DNA of 64,000 nucleotides from an uncultured Alphaproteobacteria bacterium (GTDB lineage: Bacteria > Pseudomonadota > Alphaproteobacteria > RF32 > CAG-239): NCBI GenBank assembly GCA_934254925.1, contig CAKQMD010000002.1, forward strand, positions 17,841 through 81,840, in the 5' to 3' direction. The stretch's first letter is position 1. Each line of letters starts with the position of its first letter. Below are positions 48,281 to 58,951 of the stretch, piece after piece. Under the pieces are notes generated by a model. It ran no database searches. It saw only the letters and a list, made by a program, of their open reading frames with translations, and had not been told where the DNA came from. The translations under genes and the position numbers were made by a program.

Positions 48281-49093
48281 ATGACTTCAAGGTGGAAACA
48301 TAAGGTGAAAATAGGCATTTTTGATTCGGGATTGGGCGGTCTGGTGATTACCAAAGCCTGTATTAACGCCTTGCCGGTCTATGACTATGTTTATTTCGGC
48401 GATACGCGGAATCTTCCTTACGGTGAAAAGACTTCCGGACAAATTTTGGCCTATAGCCTGGAGGCCATGCGCTATCTGATTTCTCAACAATGTTCCCTGA
48501 TCATTATCGCTTGCAATACGGCAACTTCCATTGCTCTGCGTTATATTCAGCAGCGTTTTATTCCCGCTTATGCGCCGGAGGTGAAAGTTTTGGGGGTGGT
48601 GATTCCGACGGTGGAAACGGCTATTGACAGCGGGGAAAAGAAAATCGGCGTTGCGGCGACCCGGGCAACGGTGCGTTCGGGAATTTATGCCACGGAGCTG
48701 CATAAGCTTAATCCCGAGGTGTGGGTAAAAGAGGTGGCGACGCCCGAGCTGGTGCCGGCGATTGAGCATAACGATTTTGCTGCGGCGGAAGAAATCGTCT
48801 TGCGTTATTTGCCGCAGTTTGCCGAAGCGGAGAGCGTGATTCTCGGGTGTACGCATTATCCTTTGGTCAAGCATCTTTTTCGGCGTTATCTGCCGGCTAC
48901 GGTCAAGGTGGTGTCGCAAGATGAATTGATGGGCGCTAAATTGGCGGATTATCTGCGGCGGCATTCGGAAATCGAGACGAGACTGAGCCGCGGTGCGCGG
49001 TATCGTTTTGTCGTCAGCAGTTTGAACGAACATTACCGTCAAGTGGCGGCGACGCTGTTTGCCGATATTCCGATCGAGGAAATTTCTGCTTGA
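48281..49093 (+). CDS. murI: Glutamate racemase
   Basis: KIGIFDSGLGGL is present, along with the two catalytic Cys regions (IACNTAT and a GCTHYP-like motif). The start is ambiguous between ATG 48281 and GTG 48305. The ORF-track start overlaps tRNA-Gly and is rejected. Confidence 0.8.
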   Translation: MTSRWKHKVKIGIFDSGLGGLVITKACINALPVYDYVYFGDTRNLPYGEKTSGQILAYSLEAMRYLISQQCSLIIIACNTATSIALRYIQQRFIPAYAPEVKVLGVVIPTVETAIDSGEKKIGVAATRATVRSGIYATELHKLNPEVWVKEVATPELVPAIEHNDFAAAEEIVLRYLPQFAEAESVILGCTHYPLVKHLFRRYLPATVKVVSQDELMGAKLADYLRRHSEIETRLSRGARYRFVVSSLNEHYRQVAATLFADIPIEEISA

Positions 49094-49188
49094 GATTGAC
49101 AGTTGGGCAAAATTCTTTTATGGTCAAACGGAAAATAAAACTATTAAGTTTTGAATTATTATAACAATCATCAATTTATTTAACGGAT

Positions 49189-49770
49189 ATGACGCATATG
49201 AAAAAAGAGTTTTACGTCTTTCGCCATGGTGAAACCGACTTGAACAAAATGAAGTGTTGGCAAGGATCGGGCATGGATTATGACCTGAACGCGACGGGCA
49301 TTGCGCAAGGCGAGGCTCTGGCAGACAAGCTTGCTGGTAGAGGCCTGGAGATTATTTATTCTTCGCCGCTGAAAAGGGCGCTGCATACGGCGGAGATCGT
49401 CGGTGCGGCTTTGGAAATTCCTGTTGTTGTCGAAAACGATCTGCGCGAGTGTCATTACGGTATGGCGGAAGGACGTTCTCTCAGCGAATTTCCAGACTAT
49501 TTGACGGCTTGGCAAGATCCCTGCAACATGGAAGTCGCTATTCCCGGAGGAGAGAAAAAAGGCGAGGCTTTGCAAAGGGTTTTGCGGGTTTTCGATCATC
49601 TGCTGACAGAGCCTTCCCGGATTATGGGCGTTGCCATTCATCGCGGGACGATGCTCAACTTGTTGTGGTATTATCATTTTGATTTTGAAGGAATTAATTT
49701 GCCCAACTGCGCGGTTTTTCATCTGATTCACGATGAAGAGGGCTGGCGGATTGAAGGGAGCTTATTCTGA
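49189..49770 (+). CDS. Histidine phosphatase family protein (GpmB-like)
   Basis: The N-terminus reads VFRHGETDLN. Confidence 0.7.
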   Translation: MTHMKKEFYVFRHGETDLNKMKCWQGSGMDYDLNATGIAQGEALADKLAGRGLEIIYSSPLKRALHTAEIVGAALEIPVVVENDLRECHYGMAEGRSLSEFPDYLTAWQDPCNMEVAIPGGEKKGEALQRVLRVFDHLLTEPSRIMGVAIHRGTMLNLLWYYHFDFEGINLPNCAVFHLIHDEEGWRIEGSLF

Positions 49771-49772
49771 AT

Positions 49773-49806
49773 TAAAAAAACGGCCGATAAATATCGGTCG
49801 TTTTTT
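49773..49806. terminator. Bidirectional terminator
   Basis: AAAAAAACGGCCGATAAATATCGGTCGTTTTTTTG. Confidence 0.55.
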
Positions 49807-49808
49807 TG

Positions 49809-51086
49809 TTATAAAATCCTTTCCCCGTTTAACCAGATCCAGACGCTGAACGGCGCTACGGCGGCCGTCAGTCGTCCGTGAGTGAATTGGAATTCGTGTT
49901 CGTTGATATTGACGGCAACCAGGGCTTCCTGTTGTTCCAGACGACGACTGAACAACAAAAAAGTGTTGGTCAGGACCAGTTCCTGATAGCTGCCTCGGCT
50001 CAAAAGCCGGGAATGAGACCTGCGGATTTCTCCCAAACGGCGTATATTCCGGGTCAGAGCGGTCTCTTCTTGAAGTGATAAAGGAGGACGGAGAGACCAG
50101 TCGCCATCGCTTTTTTTTCCTTTTATGCCCCATTCGCTGCCGTAATAAAGCGAGGGGATTCCGGGCATGGCATATAATAAACCGTATAAAAGCGGCAAGT
50201 GGCGAGAGTTTTTGAGTAAAGAGGCAATGCGGCTGACGTCATGGTTGTCAAGAAAATTGTAGAGGACCTTGTTTTCATAGAGGCCGTGCGGGTCAGTTCC
50301 GAACTGACGCTTCAGAGAATGGGCGATTTCATAAAGATTATAAGTGTTGCAGCTGGAATACAGACCTTTGAAACATTCGTAATTGGTGGCCGAATCCGCC
50401 ATTTGGGGATTCATGATTTTGTTGTAGTTGCCGTGGATGATTTCTCCCAGAAGCCAGAAGTCTGCCTTCAGACCGTCGCAATGGCGGCGGAGTTCCTGCA
50501 GGAAAAGGGGATTAAGGCAATAAGCGACGTCCAGGCGCAGGCCGTCTATTCCAAAGTCGTTAATCCACATGGTTACCGCGGAGAAAAGGTATTCTCTGAC
50601 GGCCGGATTGTTCAAGTTAAGTTGGATTAAATCGTCACAGCCTTCCCAGGCATAATAGGCCAAGCCGTCGCCGAAGGTGTTATCGGCGTTGAAATTGATG
50701 TCAAACCAATCTTTATAAGCGGAAGCTTCGCGTTTTTGCAAAACGTCCTTAAAAGCCCAGAAATCTCTTCCGACATGGTTGAAAACGCCGTCGATAACGA
50801 TTTTGAAGCCGCTTTGGTGCAGGGCGGCGGCTAGGGATTTGAAATCGTCGTTCGTGCCGAGGCGGCGGTCGATTTTGAAATAGTCCGCAGTATCGTATCC
50901 GTGTGCCGTAGATTCAAACAAAGGGCCGAAAAATATGGTGTTGCAGTTCAGGCTTTGCCAATGAGGGATCCAATTATGCAGACAGGCCAATCGAGAAACG
51001 GGAGCGGCCGAAAAGTCATTGGCATGCGGTGCGCCGCAAAGGCCTAACGGGTACAAATGATAAATGACGGCCTGATCGCTCCACAT
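49809..51086 (-). CDS. Glycoside hydrolase family 13 (alpha-amylase family) enzyme
   Basis: GH13 conserved regions are present: IDGVFNHVG, DGLRLDVA, EIIH and FLDNHD. Confidence 0.75.
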   Translation of the reverse strand: MWSDQAVIYHLYPLGLCGAPHANDFSAAPVSRLACLHNWIPHWQSLNCNTIFFGPLFESTAHGYDTADYFKIDRRLGTNDDFKSLAAALHQSGFKIVIDGVFNHVGRDFWAFKDVLQKREASAYKDWFDINFNADNTFGDGLAYYAWEGCDDLIQLNLNNPAVREYLFSAVTMWINDFGIDGLRLDVAYCLNPLFLQELRRHCDGLKADFWLLGEIIHGNYNKIMNPQMADSATNYECFKGLYSSCNTYNLYEIAHSLKRQFGTDPHGLYENKVLYNFLDNHDVSRIASLLKNSRHLPLLYGLLYAMPGIPSLYYGSEWGIKGKKSDGDWSLRPPLSLQEETALTRNIRRLGEIRRSHSRLLSRGSYQELVLTNTFLLFSRRLEQQEALVAVNINEHEFQFTHGRLTAAVAPFSVWIWLNGERIL

Positions 51087-51110
51087 GAATTGGTCTCCGG
51101 CTGACGGTGA

Positions 51111-51770
51111 TTATTGATTGAAATTGGGTTCAATATGGATCACGACACGGCGGTTTTTATAACGGTTTTGCGGGATCGGTTCACCAAAGGGATCTCGGTT
51201 GGGATATTTGGGCGAGATGTCGTAAAGGCCGGTTGCCTTCAGACGGACCCTGGCAATGCCGCGGTCTTCCAAAAATCTGGCGATGGTTGCTGCTCGGGCA
51301 GAGGAGAGTTCCCAGTTAGACGGATATTGCGGACTGGAAAACTTTTCGTCGCTGGTGTGGCCTTCAATGCTGAAGTTGAAATTATTATAGCGTTCGGACT
51401 GCAGGGTGGCGGCAATTCTTTTGAGGGCGTTGACGGCTGCCGGCTTGAGGTCGGCGGATCCGTAGTCGAAGAGCATGTCGCCGCTTAATTCCAGAACGAC
51501 GCCTTGCGTATCGGAGCCGAGAGCGATCTGTTCGCCGATATTCATTGACTGGATGTCGTCTGCCAGTTCCAGCAGCATCATTTCAATCGGGCGGGTTACT
51601 TCTTTTTTCCCGAGGCCTTCGTTCATGCCGGCCTGAATTTGTTCAAATTTTGCCATGTCGGGTTTGGAAACCGAAAGCATCATGACAAAGAAACACAGCA
51701 ACAAGGTTACCATGTCGCCGTAGGTGGACATCCAATCTTCGTCAATTTTGTTTTCGCGTTTCTTTTTCAT
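51111..51770 (-). CDS. motB: Flagellar motor stator protein MotB
   Basis: A single TM is followed by an OmpA-like C-domain (NWELSSARA). Confidence 0.85.
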   Translation of the reverse strand: MKKKRENKIDEDWMSTYGDMVTLLLCFFVMMLSVSKPDMAKFEQIQAGMNEGLGKKEVTRPIEMMLLELADDIQSMNIGEQIALGSDTQGVVLELSGDMLFDYGSADLKPAAVNALKRIAATLQSERYNNFNFSIEGHTSDEKFSSPQYPSNWELSSARAATIARFLEDRGIARVRLKATGLYDISPKYPNRDPFGEPIPQNRYKNRRVVIHIEPNFNQ

Positions 51771-51789
51771 TTCGTCTATGTCGCTTTAA

Positions 51790-52611
51790 TCAGTTGTTCG
51801 GAGCCGTTGGGGTACCGTTCATGTCACGGTCGATCAGGAATTGCTCTTCAAGCTCGACAAAGGAGTTGATTTTGTCTTGGATGTAGCGCGGACTTTTGCG
51901 TTCCGCCAACAGGACGAGACCTTCAAGCTCCAAGTTGTTTTTGAACAAAGTCACATCATAGCGGGCGCCCATTTTGGTGGCTAAGGGAATAAAGATCAGG
52001 CGGGCCAGGATAATGCCGTAAAAGGTGGTGATCAAGGCTACGGCCATGGAAGGACCGATGGCAGTGGGGTCCGTTCCCATGTTGCTTAACATGATGACCA
52101 AGCCGATCAAGGTTCCGAGCATACCGAAAGCCGGAGAATCGCCGCCCATTTTTTTGAGGGCTTCGACGCGTTGGTTGTCTCGTTCTGACTGAGATTCCAG
52201 CATATGTCCAAGAATTTGGCGGATTTCTGCGCCGGTGTAGCCGGTAACCACCAGATCTACGCCATAGGCCAGAAAAGGATTTTCTCGACGCAGATCGTCG
52301 GTGACTTCGTTTTCAAGGCCTTGGAGGCCGTTTTTTTGCACAATATAGGCCCAGCGGACGATACGTCCGACCTCATCTTTAAGCGAGGCCGCCGAGTCCG
52401 TGTGATGCTTGAAAGAAGAAAAGATCAGGCGGACGGCGCCGTTGGCGATTTTTCCCTCAAAGGAAATGTAGAGAGCGGCAAATGTTCCGCCGATGACGAC
52501 GAACATACTGGGAACGTCAATAAAGGCCAAAGGATGATCGGTGGCGAACAAAATAGAACCGATGATCATCCCGAAACCGGTAATAAAAGCAATTAAAGTG
52601 CCAAACGACAT
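51790..52611 (-). CDS. motA: Flagellar motor stator protein MotA
   Basis: A MotA/TolQ/ExbB-family 4-TM protein lying directly upstream of motB. Confidence 0.85.
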   Translation of the reverse strand: MSFGTLIAFITGFGMIIGSILFATDHPLAFIDVPSMFVVIGGTFAALYISFEGKIANGAVRLIFSSFKHHTDSAASLKDEVGRIVRWAYIVQKNGLQGLENEVTDDLRRENPFLAYGVDLVVTGYTGAEIRQILGHMLESQSERDNQRVEALKKMGGDSPAFGMLGTLIGLVIMLSNMGTDPTAIGPSMAVALITTFYGIILARLIFIPLATKMGARYDVTLFKNNLELEGLVLLAERKSPRYIQDKINSFVELEEQFLIDRDMNGTPTAPNN

Positions 52612-52685
52612 TTTATCATTCCTTGAAAATTTTACCTACTTAAAACATATTATACTATGCGATAAGTTAAGTTTTTGCTAAGAAC

Positions 52686-53201
52686 TTACTTTTTGTTGGT
52701 TTTGACGTAGGCAACGGCGGCATGTTCCTCACAATAGGTTTGTCCGATTTTGATTTTTTTGCCGCAAAAATGGAAATTGTCGTCTTTGGGATCGCCGATG
52801 GGCCAACGGCAGGTATGATTGTCAAGATCCGTCAGCATGGTGAGGCCTGACGTGTTGCGGGGCGTTGCGCAGTCAGTGCCGGTGCGTTCGGGGGCCGCTT
52901 TTTTTAAAACCTCGGTTGACGTTTCTCGGGCAACGACGGTGGGGGCGACTTTTTTTTCTTCTTTCGGCGCCGGGGTCTTGCCGGTTTTGGGGGCCGTTGC
53001 TTTGGCAGGAGATTGGGGTTTCTTTTCCGCTTCTTCGTCTTTTTTCTTGATCGGCGAGGGGCGTCCCGACAGGCCGAGACGATGGACTTTGCCAACGATT
53101 GAATTTTTGGAAACATTGAGGCGTTTGCCGATTTCCCCGGTAGTGAGGCCTTCCTGCCACATTTGCTTTAACTGTTCAACCATTTCATCTGTCCAGGCCA
53201 T
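52686..53201 (-). CDS. gcrA: Cell-cycle master regulator GcrA
   Basis: The N-terminus is the canonical MAWTDEMVEQLKQMWQEGLTTGEIGKRLNVSKNSIVGKVHRLGL, and the C-terminus is CRWPIGDP...FHFCG. Confidence 0.88.
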   Translation of the reverse strand: MAWTDEMVEQLKQMWQEGLTTGEIGKRLNVSKNSIVGKVHRLGLSGRPSPIKKKDEEAEKKPQSPAKATAPKTGKTPAPKEEKKVAPTVVARETSTEVLKKAAPERTGTDCATPRNTSGLTMLTDLDNHTCRWPIGDPKDDNFHFCGKKIKIGQTYCEEHAAVAYVKTNKK

Positions 53202-53351
53202 GAGCTTTCTCCTTCAAGTCATTATAGAATATGAGAAAATATTAGGAGATTATTCTCCCCGAGTCTAGCTTAAAAGTTAAATTATCACTTCTTTTTTATT
53301 TTTTTATGGATTATATTAGAGGCATATTTAATTAAAAAAACGGAGAGCACG

Positions 53352-54788
53352 ATGAAAATGAAGCGATTGATGAGCGGAATGACGGCAATGCTTTTGTGCG
53401 GTTTTGTTTGTCCGGCGACGGCGGAAACGGTTGTCGATGCGGAACGCAACAGCGAAACGGCTTTGAGCATTTACAACGGGAATCTGGCATTGGTGAAAGA
53501 CCGGCGGTCGGTCGTCCTCGGCAAGGGAATGAACGAAGTGGCTTTTGCCGGCGTCGCTCGGGAGATTAAACCCGAGACGGCTATGATCAGCGCACCGGGA
53601 TTGACGCTTCGGGAGCAGACATACGATTATAATTTGTTGACGCCGGCGAATCTGCTGGAAGCGGCAGTGGGACAGGAAGTGAAGACGGTGATGACCAATC
53701 CGGCCAACGGGGAAAACATTTTCGGGCAGGCGAAGGTGATTTACAGCAATTACGGGTCTCCGGTTTTGCAGTTTGACTACGGAATTGAAAGCAATTTTCC
53801 CGGCCGTGTGGTTTTTGACAAGCTGCCGAGCGGCATGCGCGCCAAACCGACGCTGACGGTCAAGGCCGAAAGTACCGAAGCCGGCGAAAAGAAGGTCGAT
53901 CTTGCCTATCTGACAAACGGTATGAGTTGGAGAGCCGATTATGTTGCCGAACTCGGACAAAACGATCAGCTAGATTTGAATGCCATGATTACGATCAACA
54001 ACGAATCCGGCGCTGATTATAAAAATGCGCTGATTCAGGTTGTGGCCGGAGACGTGAATCAAAACGCCGGGCAACAAAACATTATGCCGCGGATGATGTT
54101 GGCAAAAGCTTCCGCGGGGGCGGCAGACATGGCGGCCGAAGCCGCGCCGCTGCAGCCGACGAGGGAAGCCGTTGCCGGCTATTATGTCTATACTTTGCCG
54201 TTCAAGACGGATCTGATGGACAGACAATCCAAACAAGTGAGCCTGCTGAGCCGAGAAAAAGTGAGCTTTCAGCGCGCTTATAAAATAGAATCGCCTTTTT
54301 ATTTCGGAATCGGTATCGGACAAAAAGAGTTTAAGAACCTGCATCCTGACATGCTGATCAAGCTGGTTAACGACGAGGCTTCGGGGTTGGGTGTGCCTCT
54401 GCCGCAAGGAATTATTCGCTTTTATGAAAATGACAGCAAAGGCAATATGCAGTTTGTCGGTGAAAGCGCCATTGCGCAAAAAGCGGCAGGAGAAAAGCTG
54501 GATCTTAAAATCGGGCGGGAATTTGACGTCAGCGCCAACGGCAAGGTCCTAAAGGTCAAAGAATTGTCTAAAGACATGTTTGAGGCGGAAGTTGAAGTGA
54601 GCTTGCGCAACGCCCGTTCCGAAGAGGTTGAAGTTAAGTTTGAACAACGGTTCAATCAAAATTGGGAAGTTTTGAGCGAAAATGTGCGGAGCGTCAGCCA
54701 AACGGCGGATAAGGTTGCCTGGATAGTTCCGGTGCCGGCTCAAGGCGAAAAAACGCTGACGTTTAACGTTCGGGTGACGCATAATTAA
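53352..54788 (+). CDS. Secreted DUF4139-family protein
   Basis: A signal peptide is present, with overall similarity to the conserved alphaproteobacterial DUF4139/DUF4140 family. Confidence 0.55.
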   Translation: MKMKRLMSGMTAMLLCGFVCPATAETVVDAERNSETALSIYNGNLALVKDRRSVVLGKGMNEVAFAGVAREIKPETAMISAPGLTLREQTYDYNLLTPANLLEAAVGQEVKTVMTNPANGENIFGQAKVIYSNYGSPVLQFDYGIESNFPGRVVFDKLPSGMRAKPTLTVKAESTEAGEKKVDLAYLTNGMSWRADYVAELGQNDQLDLNAMITINNESGADYKNALIQVVAGDVNQNAGQQNIMPRMMLAKASAGAADMAAEAAPLQPTREAVAGYYVYTLPFKTDLMDRQSKQVSLLSREKVSFQRAYKIESPFYFGIGIGQKEFKNLHPDMLIKLVNDEASGLGVPLPQGIIRFYENDSKGNMQFVGESAIAQKAAGEKLDLKIGREFDVSANGKVLKVKELSKDMFEAEVEVSLRNARSEEVEVKFEQRFNQNWEVLSENVRSVSQTADKVAWIVPVPAQGEKTLTFNVRVTHN

Positions 54789-56021
54789 ATGTTCGGACGG
54801 TGGACAATCTTGCTTGCTGCCGTTTGTCTGGGCGGCGCCGCGACGGTTGCGGATTACGGGTCGGCCTTTGAGGTTGACCTGAGTCGTCCGGTGCCGCGTA
54901 TTGACGAGTTGCGGCAAAAATACGGAACAGTTGCGGCGGATTATGATCCGCATTATGAGCATGTCTTTGAGATCGGCGACGTTTTTGACCGGGCTTTCTT
55001 GGCCGAGATCAAGAGCTACGGCAGTCGGGAAAAACGTTTGCCGACGGAAGACGAGGAAGCGATTTTGCAAATGTTGTCCCGGTTGCCGCGGCAATATTAC
55101 CAGTATGTGGGACCGATGCTACATCAAATTCCCGGGATGTCGGAAAAGGTTTTGAATCTGCCGGGTATCAAAGAGACAAAAAATAAGTTTCCCGAAAGGA
55201 TTGCTCCTCAGCTTGAAGGGATGGAAGGTTTGGAGTTTTTGTCGCCGCGGCTGTATTATGTCTTGATGCCTGAGGCTTGGCCGGGCAATGATATTGCCGC
55301 GGAGTTTCCCGATTATGAAAAGCCTCATCCCAAAGTGGTTTATGACAAGGATTTTTATCGACAGCTGCAACAATTGGTGCCGCCGGGAGTTGCCGCAGAG
55401 AAGGACGGTGAAGGAAAAAGCTTTAGTCGCAGCCGGCTGCGGACGGTGTCTCCCGACAAGGCTTCTTTGCTGACCTCGGCCGACGTTGAGGCTTTTATCC
55501 GCACACTTGATCCTGTGCAGGAGCTGGGGCGGCAAGGAGATAATCTTTACCTTTTGTCGTCGGCAATGATTTTGTTTGCGGCTTATGAACGCGACGAAGG
55601 TCGCGAGTTGCCGATCAGCGGGTTGAAGGATCTGGTCAATCCCTGTCAGCGGCTGGTGGAAAAGTTTCGGGTTATCGGCAAGGAACGGGAGTTGGCTTTG
55701 GCCGTTTCTTCCGAAGGTTTGACGCCCGAGGAGTGGGCCTATACCTGTGACAAGACTTTGAAGGCTTATCGGGCGGCCAAAGTGCCGCGCGAGGTGGTGG
55801 CGACGGTACGCGCCTATCAGCGGGGAGCCTATGACCGGAGCTCAGATGAGGCAACGCCCGAGGAGGCTGCCGTGCAAAACGCCGTCATGCAGGCGATGGT
55901 GAAAATGTACGAGGCGCCGCTCAATGATGTGTTGGAAGTGAAAAAAAACTATAAACAATTGCATGACAAGCTGCTGAAATATGATAACAAACTGGTTCTC
56001 ATGCCGGTCTCAGCCGATTGA
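54789..56021 (+). CDS. Secreted hypothetical protein (410 aa), translationally coupled to the DUF4139 gene
   Basis: The ATG lies immediately after the upstream TAA. A signal peptide MFGRWTILLAAVCLGGAATVA is present. Confidence 0.5.
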   Translation: MFGRWTILLAAVCLGGAATVADYGSAFEVDLSRPVPRIDELRQKYGTVAADYDPHYEHVFEIGDVFDRAFLAEIKSYGSREKRLPTEDEEAILQMLSRLPRQYYQYVGPMLHQIPGMSEKVLNLPGIKETKNKFPERIAPQLEGMEGLEFLSPRLYYVLMPEAWPGNDIAAEFPDYEKPHPKVVYDKDFYRQLQQLVPPGVAAEKDGEGKSFSRSRLRTVSPDKASLLTSADVEAFIRTLDPVQELGRQGDNLYLLSSAMILFAAYERDEGRELPISGLKDLVNPCQRLVEKFRVIGKERELALAVSSEGLTPEEWAYTCDKTLKAYRAAKVPREVVATVRAYQRGAYDRSSDEATPEEAAVQNAVMQAMVKMYEAPLNDVLEVKKNYKQLHDKLLKYDNKLVLMPVSAD

Positions 56022-56134
56022 AAATGCGTTTTTTTATAAAATTTTTATTGCAATTACCCGACAATCTGGTTATAAATAGCTCAGCTTGAAGCTGAGAGCA
56101 AAACAATAATTTATGAGATAAGGTATTTGAAAAA

Positions 56135-56623
56135 ATGGCACGTGTTACTGTTGAAGATTGCGTTGATAAAATCCCCAACCGTTATGAATTGTTGATGGTC
56201 GCCGCCCAGAGGGCAAAAGACATTGCCGCCGGCGCACCGTTGACGGTTGCCCGCGACAACGATAAAAATTCGGTGGTTGCTTTGCGCGAAATCGCCGATG
56301 AAACCGTCAGCATTGAAGAACTGCAGAAATCTTTGGTGATGGGGCTGCAAAAATATGTCGAGGTTGAGGAACCCGAAGAAGAAGAGCTTGAGATTATGGC
56401 GGCGGAAAAAGAATTGGCCGATTTGGACGAGCAGTTTGACGGTTTGCTTCTCGACTCGGAAATGAACGACGTGATGCAGATTCACGATGACGACGATGCC
56501 GACATTGAGCTGGAAACCGAAGCCGAAGGCGACGCCGACGCAGCTTTTGACGATGATGACCTCGGAATGGATGATTCTTTTGACCTCGGTTCCGATATCG
56601 ACGATGACATCGACGAAGAATAA
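56135..56623 (+). CDS. rpoZ: RNA polymerase omega subunit with an extended acidic C-terminal tail
   Basis: The N-terminus reads [31 protein letters not shown] ~60-aa D/E-rich tail follows. Confidence 0.85.
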   Translation: MARVTVEDCVDKIPNRYELLMVAAQRAKDIAAGAPLTVARDNDKNSVVALREIADETVSIEELQKSLVMGLQKYVEVEEPEEEELEIMAAEKELADLDEQFDGLLLDSEMNDVMQIHDDDDADIELETEAEGDADAAFDDDDLGMDDSFDLGSDIDDDIDEE

Positions 56624-56692
56624 GGTCGATTAAAAACACGGTCGGGCAGAAGAAACAGCGCTTTCGGCCGTCCGCCTGACGAAAATGTATGA

Positions 56693-58849
56693 TTGGGGCA
56701 TAGCCGGATGTTAAGACAGTATGAGCTTGTAGATCTTGTGAAATCTTATGATCCTGACGCAGACGAAGATGCGCTCAATAAGGCTTATGTCTTTGCCATG
56801 AAAAAACACGGGGCCCAGCTGCGGGCTTCCGGCGACCCTTATTATTCGCATCCGGTTGAAGTTGCCGGTATTTTAACGAAATTTAAGCTTGATTCGGCAT
56901 CGGTTGTGGCCGGTCTGTTGCATGACACGGTGGAAGACACCGACACTTCCGTGGAGGAAATCCGCGGTTTGTTCGGTGATCAGGTGGCACAGATTGTCGA
57001 CGGTTTGACCAAATTGGCGATGATTGAGCAGAAGTCGGTTAACAACAAGCAGGCAGAAAACTTTCGCAAATTGCTTTTGGCAATGTCAGAAGACATCAGG
57101 GTTTTGCTGATCAAACTGGCGGACAGGCTGCACAATATGCGGACGCTGCATTTTCTGCCGCCGGAGAAAAGGACGCGCATTGCCCGCGAGACCTTGGACA
57201 TTTATGCGCCGTTGGCCGAAAGAATCGGCATGCAGGAAGTCAAAAGCGAGCTGGAGGAAATCGCTTTTGCCGAGCTGCACAAGGAAGCCTACGAATCCAT
57301 TAAGGCACGTTTGAACTTCTTGCGCGAGCAGGGCAGCAACATTGTTCCGAAAATTATTTCTCAACTGCAGCAGGATATGGAGGAAAACGGCATTAAAGCG
57401 ACGGTTTCCGGCCGAGAGAAGACGCCTTATTCCATTTGGCGCAAAATGCAGCAGAAAAACGCCTCTTTTGAACAGCTTTCCGACATTATGGCCTTTCGCA
57501 TTTGCGTGGACGACGTGGCGGCCTGTTATCAGGCTTTGGGCGTGGTGCACAGCAAATATCACATGGTGCCCCGTCGTTTCAAAGACTATATTTCCACCCC
57601 AAAGCCCAATGGTTACAAATCTATTCACACCGGCGTGATCGGGCCGGAGAATACCCGTATTGAAATCCAGATCCGCACGCATGAAATGCATGAAGTCGCC
57701 GAAAAGGGCGTGGCGGCGCATTGGGCTTATAAACAAGGTGAAAAGGTGGTGGGAAAGAATTTCCGCTGGATCCGCGAATTGCTGGAAATTTTGGAACAGG
57801 CGCAAAATCCGGAAGAGTTTCTTGAGAATACAAAACTTGAAATGTATAACGACCAGGTCTTTTGCTTTACGCCGAAAGGGGACCTGATCGGCTTGCCGGT
57901 CAATTCGACGCCGGTCGATTTTGCTTATGCCGTTCATTCTTCGGTGGGCGACACTTGCGTCGGTGCCAAGATCAACGGTGAGATCCGTCCGTTGAGAACG
58001 GTGCTGCAAAACGGTGATCAAGTGGAGATTTTAACTTCCAAAGCTCAGCATCCTTCCACGGAGTGGGAGCGGTTCGTGGTGACGGGAAAGGCCAAAGCCG
58101 CCATTCGTCGTTATGTGCGGGCCTATAAGCGCGATCAGTTCATTATTTTGGGCGAACAAATCTTGGAGAGGATGTTCAAAGGAGAGAAGCTTGAGTTTTC
58201 CGAGAAGGCTTTGGTCAATGTTTTGCCCAATTTTGAAGCAGAATCGATTGATGACATTTATGCCAAAGTCGGTGAAGGAATCGTCAACGGTTGGGACGTG
58301 CTGAAAGCGGTGTATCCCGGCTATAAGCAGTCGAAGCTGGGAAAGGTGGTCAAGACGCTTAAGTCTTCACCGTTTAAGAGCAATAAGAAAGACAAAAATA
58401 AAGAACCGCTGAAGATCAAAGGGCTGATCCCCGGCATGGCTGTGCATTTCGCAGGCTGCTGTCATCCGCTGCCCGGTGACCGCATCGTGGGTATTGTTAC
58501 CACGGGCAAGGGGGTGGCCGTTCATACCATTGACTGCAAACTTTTGGAAAAATTTGCCGATGAACCGGAACGTTGGCTGGACATCGCTTGGGGGGATGAT
58601 ACCGAAGGGACAACGCATCTCGGCCGCCTGAAAGTGATGTTGGCCAATGAACCCGGCGCTTTGGGAGAACTTTCCAATCTGGTGGCGCGGCATAACGGCA
58701 ATATTGCCAATCTGAATATCGTTTATCGGACGGTCGGTTATTTTGAGATTCTCATCGACGTGGAAGTCAAAGACCTCAAGCATTTGACCGATATTATTGC
58801 GGCGCTCAAGGCGGCAAAGGTCGTATCTTACGTTTCTCGCTCCAATTAG
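56693..58849 (+). CDS. spoT: Bifunctional (p)ppGpp synthetase/hydrolase (RelA/SpoT homolog)
   Basis: An HD domain (HDTVEDT), a synthetase domain, and TGS and ACT C-terminal domains are present in a 718-aa ORF. Confidence 0.9.
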   Translation: MGHSRMLRQYELVDLVKSYDPDADEDALNKAYVFAMKKHGAQLRASGDPYYSHPVEVAGILTKFKLDSASVVAGLLHDTVEDTDTSVEEIRGLFGDQVAQIVDGLTKLAMIEQKSVNNKQAENFRKLLLAMSEDIRVLLIKLADRLHNMRTLHFLPPEKRTRIARETLDIYAPLAERIGMQEVKSELEEIAFAELHKEAYESIKARLNFLREQGSNIVPKIISQLQQDMEENGIKATVSGREKTPYSIWRKMQQKNASFEQLSDIMAFRICVDDVAACYQALGVVHSKYHMVPRRFKDYISTPKPNGYKSIHTGVIGPENTRIEIQIRTHEMHEVAEKGVAAHWAYKQGEKVVGKNFRWIRELLEILEQAQNPEEFLENTKLEMYNDQVFCFTPKGDLIGLPVNSTPVDFAYAVHSSVGDTCVGAKINGEIRPLRTVLQNGDQVEILTSKAQHPSTEWERFVVTGKAKAAIRRYVRAYKRDQFIILGEQILERMFKGEKLEFSEKALVNVLPNFEAESIDDIYAKVGEGIVNGWDVLKAVYPGYKQSKLGKVVKTLKSSPFKSNKKDKNKEPLKIKGLIPGMAVHFAGCCHPLPGDRIVGIVTTGKGVAVHTIDCKLLEKFADEPERWLDIAWGDDTEGTTHLGRLKVMLANEPGALGELSNLVARHNGNIANLNIVYRTVGYFEILIDVEVKDLKHLTDIIAALKAAKVVSYVSRSN

Positions 58850-58951
58850 ACGTTCATAAAAAGCTCCTTCATAAAACCGGTTAAGAGATTAGAAAGTGCT
58901 TGTCTTTTGTTTTTTCAGGCTTATTTCTTTTATTGTTGACGAGGAAATGAA

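Noticed and set aside
57086-58021. 311-aa minus-strand ORF inside relA/spoT
   Set aside because: Antisense to a clearly identified RSH gene.
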